In this document: in pieces, positions 30,701 to 45,700 of the stretch
How positions within the stretch are numbered: the first letter of the stretch is position 1
Layout of the letters: every line of letters begins with the position of its first letter
From: Thermoanaerobaculia bacterium
GTDB taxonomy: Bacteria > Acidobacteriota > Thermoanaerobaculia > Gp7-AA8
DNA length: 64,000 nucleotides
Direction: 5' to 3'
NCBI GenBank assembly: GCA_035525285.1
Contig: DATLFB010000044.1
Span: 20,293-84,292 of the forward strand
Translations under genes and position numbers: made by a program
The notes under the pieces: model-generated
The model's database searches: none
What the model saw: the letters and a program-made list of their open reading frames with translations, nothing else
Told to the model about the DNA's origin: nothing

Positions 30701-33700
30701 GCGTTGCCGCTGATCTGCTGGCGTCCGAGGATCACCGGAGCGGCGGGATTGGTGACGTCGAGATAAACGACGCCGAGCATGCCTGCCGCGACGACCGCAC
30801 GATTGCTGCTCGCAGTGACGCCTTTCGCGACGCCCGTCGAAAGGATGGACTTGACCACGGGCGCCGCCGGATTCGTCAGATCGACGATGGCCACCTTGCC
30901 GCCGAATCCGGCGATGTAGAGCAGATTGCCATCGATATGTCCGCGGAAGGACTCGAAGTTCGGGATGTCGATGTCGGCGAGCTTGACGAGGTTGTTGACG
31001 TCCGTGCGATTGAAGACCACGACGTCGTGGACGCTGCGCTCGATGGCGACGAGATGGTTGTCGCCGTACGGGATGGAGTCGTAGAACTCGGTCGAGACCG
31101 TGGTCGACTGATGCCTCAGCAGCGAAGGCGCGTTCGGATTGCTGACGTTGTAGATGCGGATCCGGCCGTCGTTGTTCTGCCAGCCGGTCGTGGCGAACGC
31201 GTACGTTCCGCCGGCGTACGCCATGCCGACCTCGCCCGCATCGCCCGTTCCGACGCAACGGCGCGTCGACGTGGAGCTCCGCAGATCGATCGTGCAGACG
31301 TCCCAGCCGGACGTGTACGCCCAGCCGTTGAAGATGTCGAAGTCGTACGTGTTTCCGTAGACGGCATCGAGACCGTACTTGTAGGTCGTCGAGCCCGGGG
31401 TGCTGATGTCGAAGACGAACATCAGCGTGTTCTGTCCCATCCCCTCGCCCTCGCCGCCCCAGCGCGCGACGCCCAGCAGCGAGCCGTCAGTGCGCACGGT
31501 GCGCGCGCGGTAGTTCGTTCCCGTCGCGAGAAAATTCTCCTCGACGGAGGTTCCGAACGGCACGAGACCGGCGTCGGTCATCGCGCTCTCGCGGCCGGCG
31601 ACATCGATCGCAGTGATGGCGATGCGATCGCCCGACGCGGCGGCGAGCGAGGCGCTGAAGCTGCCGTCCGCGTTCACGGCGAAGCCGGGCGCGGTCGCGC
31701 CGCTGGTGCGGTTCGTGATCATGACGGTGATCGGCGTCGCGCCCGTGACCGAGGTCGCGAGACCGGTGACCGTGACATTCGGCGTCGCGCGCGCGAGCTT
31801 GATGTGCGACGGCGAGACCTGCGGCGCGACCGGCATGCGCGCGTATGCGAGACCGGTGTCGTTCGCGACGTAGACGTAGTTCGAGTAGAAGAGCAGATCG
31901 CGCGCGGAGCCGCCCACGCCGCCGATGTGCTTCACGACGAACGGTGACGCGGGCACGGCGACGTCGATCTGCGCGAGACCGCTCGCACCGGCGGTGGCAT
32001 ACGCTTCCTTGCCGGCGACAAAGACGTTGTCGCTTCCGCCGTTGATCGCCGTACGGCTCACGAGCACCGGAGCCGCGGGATTGCTGACGTCGAACGCGGC
32101 GACCTCGCTGGCGCTCGAGATGTAGAGGATCGAGCCGTCGACATGGCCGCGCACCGCGGTGAAGTTCGGCAGATCGATGTCGGCGACTTTGACGAAGTTG
32201 TTGACGTCGCGGACGTCGAGCATCACCAGGTCGTGACCGACGCCGTTCTCGCTGGTGAAGCTGAGCCCCGCCAGATGGCCGCTGCCGATTGGGATCAGAT
32301 CCCAGAAGAACTTCTGCGAGCCTGTGCCGGGGATGATGTCCTGATCGCGCAGATTCTTCGCCGCGGCGGGATTGGTGACGTCGTAGACCTTGATCTTGTA
32401 GTTGGAGTTCGTGGCGACGAACGCGTACTTGTTCATGACCGCCACGGTGAGTGAGCCGACGGTCCCGTAGCAGATCTTCGACGACGTCGGCGAGGCGAGG
32501 TTGATCGTGCAGAAGTCCCACGACGTGACGTATCCCCATCCGTCGACGATCTCCACGTCGTAGATGGCCGTATTGCCTGCGGACACCTGCCGCACGAATG
32601 ACGGGCTCGCGGGATTGGTGAGATCGAAGATTGCGATGCGGTCGTTGTCGCCCGTTCCCGGTCCGCCGCCCGCGCCGGAGACGACGAGCGTCTTGCCGTG
32701 GCGTTTGATCGTGCGGGCGCGGAACGAGGAGCCGACGCCCCACGAGGACGCGCTCAGTTGCGTGAACGAGATCGTCGTCCGGATCACGATGTCGCCAACG
32801 TTGGTCACGCTGTCGGCGACGGCGGGCGTCGGGGCCGACGTACCGCTGTAGGTCGTGCCGTCGGCGAGCGACTGCGTCGCCGTGCAGGTGATGTTGCCGG
32901 CGGCGGGCATGTCGGAGATGGAGAAGAAGCCGTCCGCGTCGGTCGTGCCCGTGTGCGTCGCGCAAGTGACTGTGAGAGCGGCAACGCCGCGCGCCCGCTC
33001 ATCGACGACGCGTCCGGCCACGGTGGTGACGTAATCGCCGCTGGAGAGAATGGTGAGCGTCGCCGACCGCGCGCCCGCGGCGGTCGATGCGGTGATCGTC
33101 ACCGTGTCCCCTGCCGGCGAGGCCGGGGTGGTGATGCTGAACTGAGCGGACGTCTGTCCGCCTGCAACGGCGATCGTGGCCGGCACGACCGCGGCGGGGC
33201 TCGAGCTCGTGAGCGCGACCACCGTTCCCTCCGCGCGGGCGGGGCGGACCAGTTGCACGGTTCCCGTGGCCACGTTGCCGGCAGCGACCGTGGTCGGAGA
33301 GATGGACAGCGACGTGACGCCATTGGTCTCGACGATCGCGCCGCTGACCGGAAGGTGCGGCGACGAGAGCGGCAACGCATGCGAGTCGGTCGCCTTGACC
33401 GTGAAGGTGTCTCCGGCGAGACCCGCGACCGCGACTTTGAAGGAGCCGTCGGCGTTCGCATTGCCGGTGTACTGCGCGGCCGTGCGGACGTTCGTCGCGG
33501 TCATGCGGATCGGCGTATCGGGATCGCTCACCGTGCCCGCGGGAGCAGCGACGTAATCCTTGTCCGGCGTGCTCTCGACGACGATCTGGGCGAGCTTGTC
33601 CTGCGCGAACAGCGGCGCGCTCGCGTTGCTGGTCAGTGTGGACCCGCTGTCCTTGTCGAGAGTCGCGTAGCGAATCGCGTCGAGGCTCTGTGCCTTCGCG

Positions 33701-36700
33701 TACCGCAGCAGGATCGTGTCGAAGCGATACACGCCGCGCCACAAATCGCCGGCAGCAAGGGCGATCGTCTCGCTCCCGTTCGCGAGCGTGGCGCTCTTGC
33801 CGTTGACCGATGCAATGCGCCAGGTTCCCTTCACCGATCCTGACGCACTCGTGATCTCCACCCAGTGGCCAACGAAATACGTTGGAATGTTCGTCGGCCG
33901 ATCGGTGATCAGTGTTGCGTTGCTCGTCCCCGCCTGTGCTGACCCGTTGCCGAGGGACGGAAGCACCGTCGCCTGTCCCCAGTGGCCGGCGTTGTCGATG
34001 GTCAGATCGCCGTACGTGGAGCCCGGGCGTTTGACGTAGATCGTTCCTGCGCCGCCCGGCCGGTACTGGTCGATCGGAATGCCGGTATGCGCGCGCAGCA
34101 GGGGCAGCGAGCTCGTGGCGTCGCTGTACTCGACCGACACCGCTCCCCCGCCGCCTTCGCCGTAAAAGTTCGGGCCACCGTTCGCTTCGACCGATCCCGT
34201 GCCGCTGATCTTTCCTGTCGTGATCCAGACCGAGCCGCCGCCCCCGCCCGCCTCTCCGCTGTTCGCGCCGTTCGCGCGGATCGTTCCATCCACCGCGATC
34301 GATCCGGCGGTGATGCGCACCACGCCGCCACCGGCTCCGCCTCCACCCTGGTTGTCTCCTCCGCCGCCCGCTTCCATCGGCGTGTAGACGCTTCCGTAGG
34401 TCGACCCGATCGGATTCGAGTACAACCCGCCCTGTCCCATGTGGCTTCCGCCCGTTCCATCCGCGGACGTCGTCTCGCCCGGATACGTGCTGTTCCCGCC
34501 GTATCCGCGGCCGTTCGCGTCGATGGCTGCGCCGCACGCGACGTAGAGCTGCTCGACGTTGACGTGGAGGCGATCGCCGCCGGGATGCGTGACGACGCTG
34601 TTGTTGAGCGCCGCGAGGCGCTTGAACGTGTGCTGCCCGGCGATGGTGACGGTAACGCCGTCCCACACGACGATGTTCTTGTTGTCGTACGAGGTGTCGC
34701 TCGCGCCGATGGTGGTGTTGGTCCTGATCTCGACGCCGCCCTCGAGGACGGTGAATGCGCCGTCGACGAGGGCCGTCGTGCCGGCGGCCGTGGTCGCAAT
34801 GGCGCGCAGCGTGTAGTGCGTGCCGTCCGCAACGTCCGGAATCGTGAAGATGTACTCGTACAGATCGCTGCCGATCGACGCTCCGGTGTAGGTCGTCGAT
34901 GCGCCGCCGGCATCGGTGACGAGGAACTCGATCTTCTGCAGCGGGTTCGTGGCGTTCGGCGCTTTCGCGACGACCTTCAGACGCGCGCCGTAGCCGACCG
35001 GATAGACAGGATTCGCGCTGGTGCAGCTCCAGGAGATCGCCGGCACGCCGCCGTCGACGACCGGCTTGATCTGAACCGACACGGTGGCCGTGCCACTGTT
35101 GTCGTTGCGATCGAGCGCCGTGAAGAGGAGATCCCTCGCGACGTTCTGAGTGCCGTCGACGAACGGCGCCGGGACGTTGCCGGTCCAGACGTTCGCGCCG
35201 AGGGAGGTGTTCTTCGCGAGCTCGGTGTTCTGCCCGTCGATCGTCGCGTAAACGCGCGCGACGCCGGAGTCGTCATCGACGACCGTCACCTGCACCGGAA
35301 TCTTGTTCGACGATCCCTCGGTGAACTCGGCGTTCGCCGCGGGAGCGGTGATGGAGACCGCCGGCGCGATCGTGTCCTTCTCGATCGCGAGGACGGCTGT
35401 CGTGGCGACTCCGCCCCACGTCGCGGAGATGTTGACGGGCGTCGAGCCTTGCGCCGGTGCCGTGGTGATGTTGAACGTCGCCGACGTCTGACCCGACGGG
35501 ATGGTGACGCTGACCGGAACCGTCGCCGCCGTCGTGTTGTCGCTCTGCAGCATGACAATGGCTGCGCTGCTGCTCGCGGCGCTGCGCAGCGTCACGGTGC
35601 CTACGCTCGTCCGGCCGCCGGTGACCGGCGACGGATTGAACGTGATGGCCGCGATGCCGAAGTCGTCCGGAATCGATCCGACCGCCGTCTGCGACTGCAG
35701 CGCGAAGTAGTGGCTGTCGCGCGCGTTGAGGATGACCGCATCGCCTGCCGCGCCGTCGACGCCGATGCTGAACGAGCCGTCGTTCGCAACCGCGGCGCGC
35801 TTCGACACGTTCGAGTCGACGCTGAAGTGAATGCTGTTGATCTCGCCGCCGTCGTAGCGGATGGCGAACTGCGGGTAGAGCACCGAGCCGTCGACCGCGA
35901 GCTCATGCACCTTCGTGCCATTGAGGAACCAGCGCACGAGACCCGGCGTCTTCTCGATGCGGAAGACGCTGCTCGTGCTGTACGTGCCGGTGATCGACGT
36001 CGGACTGTTGTTGATCCAGATCTGCCAGGTGCCGTTGTTGAAGATGCCCCAGGTGTAGAAGCGCGACCAGTCGGCGGCCCGCATGCCGCAGTCGACATGG
36101 TTGTTCGTCTGAGACACCCTGCACGAGAGATAGGCCGAGTGCGCCGCGCCGCGCTTCGACAGCGCGCTCGACCACTCCTGGCCGTTGCTGATCTTGCGGA
36201 TGGAGAGGCCGCCGGTCGTGCCGAATGTGACGGTGGCCGGCGTCAGGTCATCCGAGGTAGACGAGCGCACCCAGACATCGACGGGCTTGTCGGGATCGGT
36301 GAACGCATTCGCGGCGCCGGTGAGCAGCGTTCCATACGCGCCCTTCGCGAAGGTCACGAGCGACGAATTCACGACCGGCGCCGAGTCGTTGCCGGGCCGG
36401 AAGATCGAAGACGCATCGAGCACGGGCGGCTTGCCGAGGAGAACGAGATCCGAGGTCTCGACCCACGCGTTCCTGAGCGTGAGCGAGTCGAAGCGATACG
36501 CGCCGCGCACGCTGTCGCCCGCGTGGACATCGAACGGCTCGGAGCTGCTCTCGAGCACGAGCTGCGACGGCGTTGCGACCGTGGCGATGCGCCAGATTCC
36601 GCGAATGCCGCCGTCGGGCGCGTGCACTCGGAGGTAGTGGCCCGCGAAGTACGGCTGAATTGCCGCAGACGACTGCAGCACGATCGTGCCGGGCGTGGGA

Positions 36701-39700
36701 ACCGATTCGATGATGTGCGTGCCGAGGGCCGGAAGGAGCGCCGGTCTCTCATGCGGGCGGCCGGTGTTGTCGAAGCGGAGATCGCCGAACGTCGACTGCG
36801 GCCCCTTCGTGTAGATCGAGCCGGCGCCGGCGTACGGGTTGTAGTGATTGCCGCTCCACGCCTGTAAGGCCGGCACGATGCTCGCCGGATCGGAGTACTC
36901 GATAGCGATCGCGCCGCCGCCGCCGTTGGTGCTCGAGAATGCAGCGCCGTTGCCGCCGTCGGCTTCGATCCGCCCCGTGCCGCGGATCGATTCACTCTGG
37001 ATCCACACCGATCCGCCGGCCGCGCTACCTTCATGGGCGTTCCCGTTGCTTTGGCCATCGGCGTAAATCACGCCGTCGAGAACGACGCGCGCCGCCGCAA
37101 TGCGCACCACGCCGCCGCCAAACGCGCGGTAGTGCTCACCACCGCCTGCCTCGCGCGGGCGATAAACGCTGCCGTACGACGTGCCCGGAAGGCCGCGCGC
37201 GCCGCCGACGCCGATGTGGCTGCCACCGGAATTCGCGGCAGAGGGAGTTTCGCCGGGATACGTCGTCCTGGGCGCGAAGCCCTGGCCGGTCACGTCGATC
37301 GTCGCGCTGCAGGCGACGAAGAGACGGTCGACGGTGACGAGGCTCGCGTTCGCGTTGTCGGGATGCTTCTGAATGACCTTGCCGCCCTCGAGGACGACGA
37401 GGTTGCGCAGGTGCTGCTCGCCGTTCAGCACGAGGATGCCGCCGCTGCGCACGACGACATGGCGATCCTGATATCCAGGATCGAGCGGAATGACGTTCGA
37501 CTGCGTGCTGAGATCGATCTGTCCGGCGACCGCCGTGACCGTGCCGAGAAGCGTCGACTCGTTCGAGCCGACGCTACGCACGACGACGCGGACGTTGAGC
37601 ACCGTGCCGTCCGCAGTGCCCGCGGGAATCGTGTATTTGAATGCGTAGATGTTCGAGGTGCCTTCGCGCGTCGCGTTGATCGTCGAGGACGCGCCGTCGA
37701 TCGTTGCCACGACGCTGCTCACTCCGTTCGAGCCCGATGACGGGACCGCGGAGAGCCTCATCGTGAACTCGTAGCCGGTCGGGAACATCGCTCCCGGACT
37801 CGCGCAAACCCAGCTCAACGCGGGCGCGTTCGGATCGACGAGCGGCTTGATGAAGATGTGCACGTCACGCGTGGCGAGGTTGTTGTCGTAGTCGCTCGCG
37901 TTGACGGTGATCGTCTTCGCGATCAGCTCCGAGCCCTCGACGCTCGGCACCGCGAAGTTCGCGCGATAGAGCGTCCCGCTGACGAGCGACATCGTCTTGG
38001 TGACGCCTTCGAACGTCGCGGTCACGCTCTTCACCGCGACTTCCGCGTCGGTGACGTTCGCTTCGACGTCGAACGTCGCGCCGGTGCCTTCGAGGATCTC
38101 CTGGTTCGCGGTGGGCTTCGTGACGGTGATGGAAGGCGCGATCTCGTCCTTCAGGAGCTTTACCGTGTGCGTGGCCGTGGTGGGCACGCGACCCGGCACG
38201 TCATCGACGGCGGAGAGCGTCAGCACCACGTCGCTGTTGCTCGGCGCGGTCGCCGGAATCGAGACCGTGAACGAGCGCGCCATCGTCGTCGATGTCGGTT
38301 TCGTCGCGGTGCCCGACGACACGCTGCCGATGGACGACGTGAGCGAGAGCGACTGCACGGCGATGTCGTCCGAGGCGGTCGCGCTCACGGAGATCGTGCG
38401 ATTGGCGTACGTCTCCGTCGCCGGAGTGACGTCGAACGACTCGATGACGACGGGCGCGTTGTTGATGATCGTGAACGAGACCGGCGCCGACTCGGCGACG
38501 CGGCCCGCGCGATCGGTGACCTGGATCTTCAGCGTCGTGGTTCCCGGCGTTGCGCTGCTGGGAACGGCGATCGCGATCGCGTTGTCGCTGAGTAACGGCG
38601 CCCATCGCGGGAAGGTGACGACGTCGTTCGGCTGCACGCTGAGGATCGTGCGGACGCTGCGCAGGCCGACGGTGCTCGCGGCGTCGAATCGCGCGGTGAT
38701 GGTCGTGTTCTGTGCGGTGCTGCCGCCCGCGGCGGGCGTGGTGGAGACGATCGAGACGGTGGGAACGTCCGCGGGTGTCAGCACGGTCGCCGTCGGATCG
38801 ACGGTCGCCGGCGTGACGCCGTCGGTATCGAAGCGCGCGAGCGTGCGCGGTCCGATGGTGATCGCGTCGAACGCGAGCGATCCGCTGAGCGGCGTGGCCG
38901 CGGTGCGATGGGTGGTCGCGGGATGCGCTTCGTCGAACGACGAGACGATCAATTCGCCGAGCGTGGAGCCGGGACGCGCGAGATAGATGGTGCCCGCGCC
39001 GCCATCGACGTACGTCGCTCCCTCCTCGGCATTGTTTCCGTTGCGTCCGCCGCGCGCCTGGATCACCGGCGCGGCCGGATTCATGTCGAGACGCTCGCGC
39101 GCGCGGATGGAGACCCGTCCGCCGCCGCCGCCGCGGTCGAGCTCGTAGGATCCCCACGTATCGCCACCGTTCGCGGTGATGCGCGTGACCGGACCGGTGA
39201 TGATCGCGCGCGCATCGAGCAGCAGGCTTCCGCCCGAGCCCGAGCTCCACCAGGAGTCGCCGTTCGCGCTCACCGGTCCGGCGATGACAAACCGCGCGAG
39301 ACCGGAGCCGCCGCGCAACGCGACGGCTCCGCCGCCGTTGCCGCCCTTGTTGTTGACCGTTTCGGCCGCACCGCCGCTCCCGAGCTCGGTCGGGCTGGTG
39401 ATCGAGCCGTACGTCGCGTTGGTCGCGCCGTAGAACGAGCCGCCGAAACCTGCGTGCGATGCGGAAGCGTAGACGGCGCCTCCGGTGGTCGTACCGCCGG
39501 CCGTTCTTCCGGTGAGAGAACCGTTCGTGAAGCCGCCGTCGTCGCGCGCGCGCCAGCCGCCGAGGTAGCCGCGGCCGTTGACGAAGACACGCGAGTCGCC
39601 GTCGACGAAGAGGTGATCGGTAATGGTCAGGTCGACCTTCGTCTCCTGGGCGCTGCCGAGGCCCGCGCCGTCGAGGAGGATGAGGTCCTTGACGACGAGC

Positions 39701-42700
39701 GGCACGGAGACCCAGAGCCAGGCGACGCGCACGGCGACGCTCTTGTTCGCGTATTGAGCGGCCGTGATCGAGGTGATGTTGATGTCGCCGGTGATCACCG
39801 AGTCGACTTCGACGGGATCGACGGTGATCGGGAGCTCGACGTCGTGCAGCGGATCGGCATCGGTGACGATGGCCTTGATGACGAACGGCAGCTTGTCGGC
39901 CGGGAAGTTGAACGAGGCTTTCGCTTCGTAGATGTCGGTCGTACCTGCCTTCAGCGACGCGTTGAGCGGCGCGGACAGCGCGGTCGATTCGAAGCGCACT
40001 GACATGACCTTCACGTCATCCGTTGCTTTTACGCGCAGCGTGGCCTGCCAGCCGGAAATGTTCGACGGCAACGCGGCGCCGTCGAGCGGAGTGATCCACG
40101 CGGCGGTGGGCAGCGTGGCGTCATCGACGCGCTCGTAGATCACTTCGTGCGTGTCCGTCGTGACGTTGTTGCGCTTGTCGTAAACGCTCGCGGCGATCGC
40201 GATGCGCGTGTCGGCATTGCGCGGCGGCACGGTGATGGTCCTGCGCCACGTGGTGATGCCGGTCGAGCCGTCGAACGTGCTCGTGACGCCGCTCTGCTCG
40301 ACGCCGCCGACGCTGATCACCGCGCGCGAGAGTCCGGTCTCGGCGTCCTTCGCCTTCACTTCGATCGTGTAGCTGCCCGCGGCGGTATTGAATTTGTACC
40401 GGCTCTCCGCCGCCGGCAGGAACGCGACGAGCTGCGGCGCGGTCGTGTCCGCGTGAATCGTGAGCGGCGCTTCCGCCGTGCCGACTTTGTTCACGGAGTC
40501 GGTCACGTTCGCAACGATCTTCGCCGCCCCGTCCCTCAGCTCCTCGGGTAACACATAGTCGAACACTGCATCCGCGAATGCGACGCTCGCCGATGCGCGG
40601 GTGACGTTCTTCGATCCGAGGACCTTCGTGAGCGGCGAGCCGTCGACGTAAGTGCCGCGCAGCTCGAGCGCCACGTTGACGCTCACCCCTTCGTCCTTGA
40701 ACGACACGCGCGTCTGTACCCAATGCGTCGGATATGCGGACGCCGGCGTGTTCGTGACGACGATCTCGCGCGGGGCTTCGTTCGGCGCGACGTTCCATGT
40801 GTGGACGTCCGGCTCCGGACTGCTGTTGCCGGAGAGATCGGTGGCCACCGCCTTCAGCGTGAAGGTCGTGGCGGTGGTCGTCGCGGGCGCGGCGAAGCTG
40901 TACGAGAACGGTTTCGTGCTGGAGCGCGCGATCGCCGATCCGTTCGCGTCGAGCCAGTCGACGTAGGCGATGTCGTTCGACTCGTTCGTCGTTCCTTCGT
41001 CGGTGACCGAGACGGTCGCGCTGTAGAGCAGCGCGGAGACGAGCGTCGTCTCGGACGAGGTGATCTTCGCGACCGGCTTCTTCGTGTCGAACGAGAAGAA
41101 CTCGAAGACGCGCGGCGGAGCCTTCTGCACGTTGGGCGGCGTCTGCGTGTCGCGCGCGCCGCCGACGGTGAGGCGGTAGAACGACGACTCGGCGATGGCG
41201 ACACCCTGCGGAGAAACGATGAGCGTCGACGCATCGGCGGGATCGAGGAACTTCGCGATCGGGATCGTTTCGACGGCGGTACCCTGGTACGCGTCGAGAC
41301 GCTCGAGGAGCACCACGCCGCCGGCGCCTGCATCGAAGGATGTGGGGCTGATGAACTTGTTGAACTTGATGCGGAACGTGGCGCTCGCGGGAATCGGGTC
41401 CTTCTCCAGCGGCTCGATCTTCACGATCGCCGGCTCGGTGTAGTTCACGGTGGTGAAGCTCGAGCCGACGGGCGAGGTCATCGAGTTGCCGGTGGTGTCG
41501 CGGATTCCCTGCGGGAGGTTGATGCGGTAGATGACGTTGCTCTTGAGCGGGAACTTTTGTCCCGCCGGGGGCGGAGGAGGAATGAGCCGCACGATGAACG
41601 TGCCGTCGGGACGCACCGAGGGCTCGATCGCGGAGTTCACGAACGAGCTGTTGTCGGTGGCGATGAGCTGGAACCAGCCGGTGTTGAGATAGCCGGATGC
41701 GATCTGCTCGCTGAAGACGATCGTGATCGCGGTGCTCGGTGAAACGCTCGTGGCGTTCGCCGGCGGATCGATCGACAGCACGCGCGGCGGCGTCGCGTCG
41801 ATGCGCACGCGCGGAATGGTGATCACTCCCGTGGTCCCGTTGGCGACGGGCACGGTGCGCGTGGCGCCGATGGTGGTGTCGTCGGGTCCGTAGAAGGTCA
41901 GCGTGAGCGTCGTGTTGCCGATGGGAATCCCGGTGAAACGATAGTTGCCCGCGCTGTCGGTGAGCGTCTCGAGGCGGATCGCGGACGACAGGCTCGTGGT
42001 GACGTTGAGCAGCACGCGCGTCGCGACCGACGGAGAGCCGTCGCCGATCTCCGCATCGACGCCGCCTTCAACGGTGGCGTTCGAGCCGAGATTCAGCGGA
42101 ATGACGAGCGTCTGCGAGCGGCTCGCGAGCGATCCGCCGCCGGACGCGGAGACGTTGCCCTTCGTCGCCGACGCGCTGACCCAGCCGAACGGAACGCCGG
42201 GCAGCGTGACGCTGCCGCTGGCAGGCGTGTACATCGTGCGCGTGCCGAGGCCGGAGCTGTTGATATTGACCTTCGCGTCCTGCACCGCGACGCCCGCGGC
42301 GTCGACGACGCGCACTTCGACCGTGCCCGAGGTCGGCAGCGTGACGTGGTGCTCTTTCGTCAGTGCGCCGCCGAAGCCGCCGCCGGTGCGCACGACGCGC
42401 TGCTCGCCGCCGAGCTCGCGCACTTCGATGCCGTAGCCCATGCCCGCGAGCATCTTCCGGAAGACGACCGGATTGCCCTGCTGTCCGCGGTAGTACGGAA
42501 CGGGGCCGTAAATGAGATTGCCCTGCCAGACGGTCACTTCGACGAGCGGCGCGAGCTCGCCCGCGCCGCCGGTGTCGTTCGGCAAAAACACTTTCACCGT
42601 GAGCGTGGCGGTTCGCTCGAGCTCGAGTTTGATTCCTGTCCGCTCGGGCACGAGGCGGTCGATGTAGAGATTCGTCGGACCGACCGCGCGGCGATGCGTC

Positions 42701-45700
42701 CCGATCTCGAACGCGCTGAGAGAGAAACTTCCTTCGGGCACGCCGTTGAACTCGAAGAAGCCGTCGATGTCCGTGGAGTCGGCGGCACTGATGCCGGTGG
42801 CCTGCATCTGCACCGGCATCCCCTTCACCGGCAGTCCCGGCGCCGGCTCGCTCTCCGGATCGGTGAGCGTTCCCGAAACGTATCCGCGGAACTCGAGCTG
42901 CACGGTGACGGGCGTGGTGCTGCCATTGAAGACGTCGAAGGCGACGGCGTGGCCCGCGCGGCCCGCCGCTTTCGAATACGCGACGATCGTGTAGCGGCCG
43001 ACGGGCACGCTGTCGAAGAACGCGACGCCGCTGTCGTTCGTGCTGGTGAAGTCGAATCGTTGCGAGCCCTTGAGCAGCGCGACTTCGGCATTCGCCACTT
43101 TCGAGAAGCCGAGCAGCGGATCGACGACGGTGACGCTGACGGCGCCGCTGCCCGCGCCGCCGATGTGCACCTGGATGCTGCGCTGCGTCGCGTCCCCTTC
43201 TTCGCGCAGCACGCCCTGGTAGTCGCCGCGAATTTCCTGATTGTCGGGACTGACCGCGGTGATGCGGAACTCGCCGGTAAAGACGTTGCTGACGATGAAG
43301 CGGCCGTTGATGTCGGCGAAGAGCGGATCCTGCGGCGTGCCGATGGAGCGATACGGCCAGGCGAGCTCGCGCAGCCAGTAACGCGCGAGCGGCACCTTCA
43401 AACCGCTGACGCCGTCGAGGACCTGTCCTTCGACCGTCGACTGCGTGCGCATGACGATGATCAGGTTCGACACCGGGCCGCCGCCCGAGGGACTCTGTCC
43501 GCCGACGATGCCGGTGCGGTACACGCCGTCGCGATCGAGATCGGCGACGACGCTGAACGAGGTCCCGGCGGGGAATCCGGCGAAGCGGAACGTGCCGTCG
43601 GGATTCGTGATCGCGGGCGGATACGTCGCGCGGTTGTTGTAGATGCGCACGGTCGCGCCGGAAATCGGCGTCACGCCGTCGTGCGCGTACACGCGGCCGG
43701 TGACGTCGCCGATGGTCTTGAGGCGCAGCGTGACGTTGCGAACGTCGCCGTCGTACGAGAGGTACGCGCTCGTCGCGGCGTAGCCGAGAGGATTGCGCGC
43801 GGTGGCGACGCCGAGGTTCTGGCGCGCGGGGACTTTGGTGAAGGTGACGAGTCCCGTGTTCGGATCGGGCGTGCCTTCGATGGTCACGCCCCTCATCCCC
43901 TGCTCGGCTTCGTCCCAGACCGCGTAACTCAGCGCGACAGGACCGATCGCCGGCGCGTAGCCGCACGGCGGCGTCGAGCACGACTGCTCGACTTCCACGC
44001 GAACGACGACAGTGCCGGAGCCCGGCAGGCGCAGATCGGTCACGCCGATCTGGCCGTGGAAGTCGACGCGCACATAGCCGGACGCGACCTGTTGCCCGTA
44101 CACCGCATGGCCGGCGCTGCTCGGCGGCACGGCGACGACGTCGATCTGCTGCGGCACGCGCATGTCGGGGAGCTCGTAGACGCCGTTGCCTTTCGCGGCG
44201 AACGCCGTCGGCGGATAGCCGGGCCAGATCACGCGATAGCCGGTGACCGGCTCGCCCTGCGAGCCGTACACGCGCACGCGCATCGTGGCGATGCCGGCGG
44301 GCTGCGTGCTGCGCAGGCGCGGATTGAACTCGTTCGATCCCTCGACGAGCGTCGGCACGCTGAAGTAGCCGCGGCGTCCCGTCACCGGATCGAAGACGGT
44401 GAAGCGGCGGTCGGCGACGTCGAGCGTGAGATCGGTGAACGTGTACCTGCCGTCGGCGTCGGCGGTGACCGCCGGCATGCGGTCGATGGTGACGATCGCG
44501 CCCGGCGCGATCTGATCTTTCGTCGTGTCGCCCGGCGCGGCGGGATCGTCGCGCTTCACGATGCCGGTGAGCGTCGCGTACTTCACGTTCGGCTGCGGGA
44601 TCGACAGCACGAGCGTCTGCTCGAGCGTCTGGTCCGCGCGCAGCTCGACCTCGACTCCCGCGGCTTCGCGGCTGAGACTGAAGTCGGCGGCGAGCACCGA
44701 GACGATTCCCGCGGGAATGTCGCTGAAGGTGAGCGAGCCGTCGGTGCTCGTGTAGCCGTCGCGCAGCGCGTAACCCTGCGCCCACACGCCAACGAGCGCA
44801 CCGGAGACGATCGCGTTCGTGTCGGACCGGCGCACGGTCACGCGCACGTTGCCGAGTCCCGGCGCCTCGCGCCTGACGATGACGAGGTCCTGCGTCACGA
44901 CTTCACCGGCAACGCGAATCTGATTCGCGGCGTAGGTCGGACGTCCGTCTTTGTCGTTGACGGAGAACGTGAGCGGGCCGACGGGAAGATCGCCGATCTC
45001 GTAGTTGCCCGACGCATCAGTCGTTCCGCGGCGCGCCTGATCGAACATCGTGCTGCCGATCGTGACCACGACGTCGGGGATGACTTCGCCGTCGTGATAG
45101 CGCACCTGTCCGCGCGCGACGCCGCGTCCGAGGAACTGAAGGTTGACGGTGTGCACCTCGCCGGGAAGCCGCACCGCTCCCTCGAGCTCCGCCTTCTTCC
45201 CCTCCGCCTCGGCGCTGAGTTTGTAGTTGCCGAACAGACCGCTGTCGATGTCGCGGGGAACGAACTCGTAGAGGAAGCGTCCGTCGCTGCCGGTCGGATC
45301 GATCTGCGTGGTGCCGTTGCTCAGCAGGCGCACGAGCACGTTGGGCACCGCGCTGTTGTCGCCGCGCAGGACGCGGCCGGTGAGAATCCCGCCGGGACGG
45401 TCGTTGTCGATGCGCGGAACGATGTCGCTTTTTGCGAACGGCGGCGCGGCCTCCGTGGTCAGATCGAGAATCGACTCGACCGCGATCTTGTACTCGGCGT
45501 TGCGCGAGAGGGTCTTGTCGAAGCTGATGTTGATGATCTTCGCGTCGGCCTGCAGCGCGGCGCCGGGGATCTGCAGGAGCGCGTTCGGATCGGACGGATT
45601 GTTCTTCCGCGTGACGGTGTAGCTCGCCTTCGGCACATTCATCGTGAGGGCGAAGCGGTCGCGCAGCGCCGCCGCGTCGGCGACTTTGACAGGGCGGTTG

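Noticed and set aside
24483-36867. Other long plus-strand ORFs inside the giant genes (24483..26075, 24773..26764, 26828..27934, 28201..30177, 30937..31947, 32698..33843, 33982..36867)
   Set aside because: All are antisense or off-frame shadows of the two giant genes. They have low-complexity Arg/Gly/Asp-rich or Ser/Thr/Val-rich sequence and no start-site support.
42068-44785. 905-aa minus-strand ORF and similar same-strand off-frame ORFs (for example 31487..32965, 32999..34666, 38201..39250)
   Set aside because: They are alternative frames of the same strand as the giant gene, with Arg-rich junk composition.
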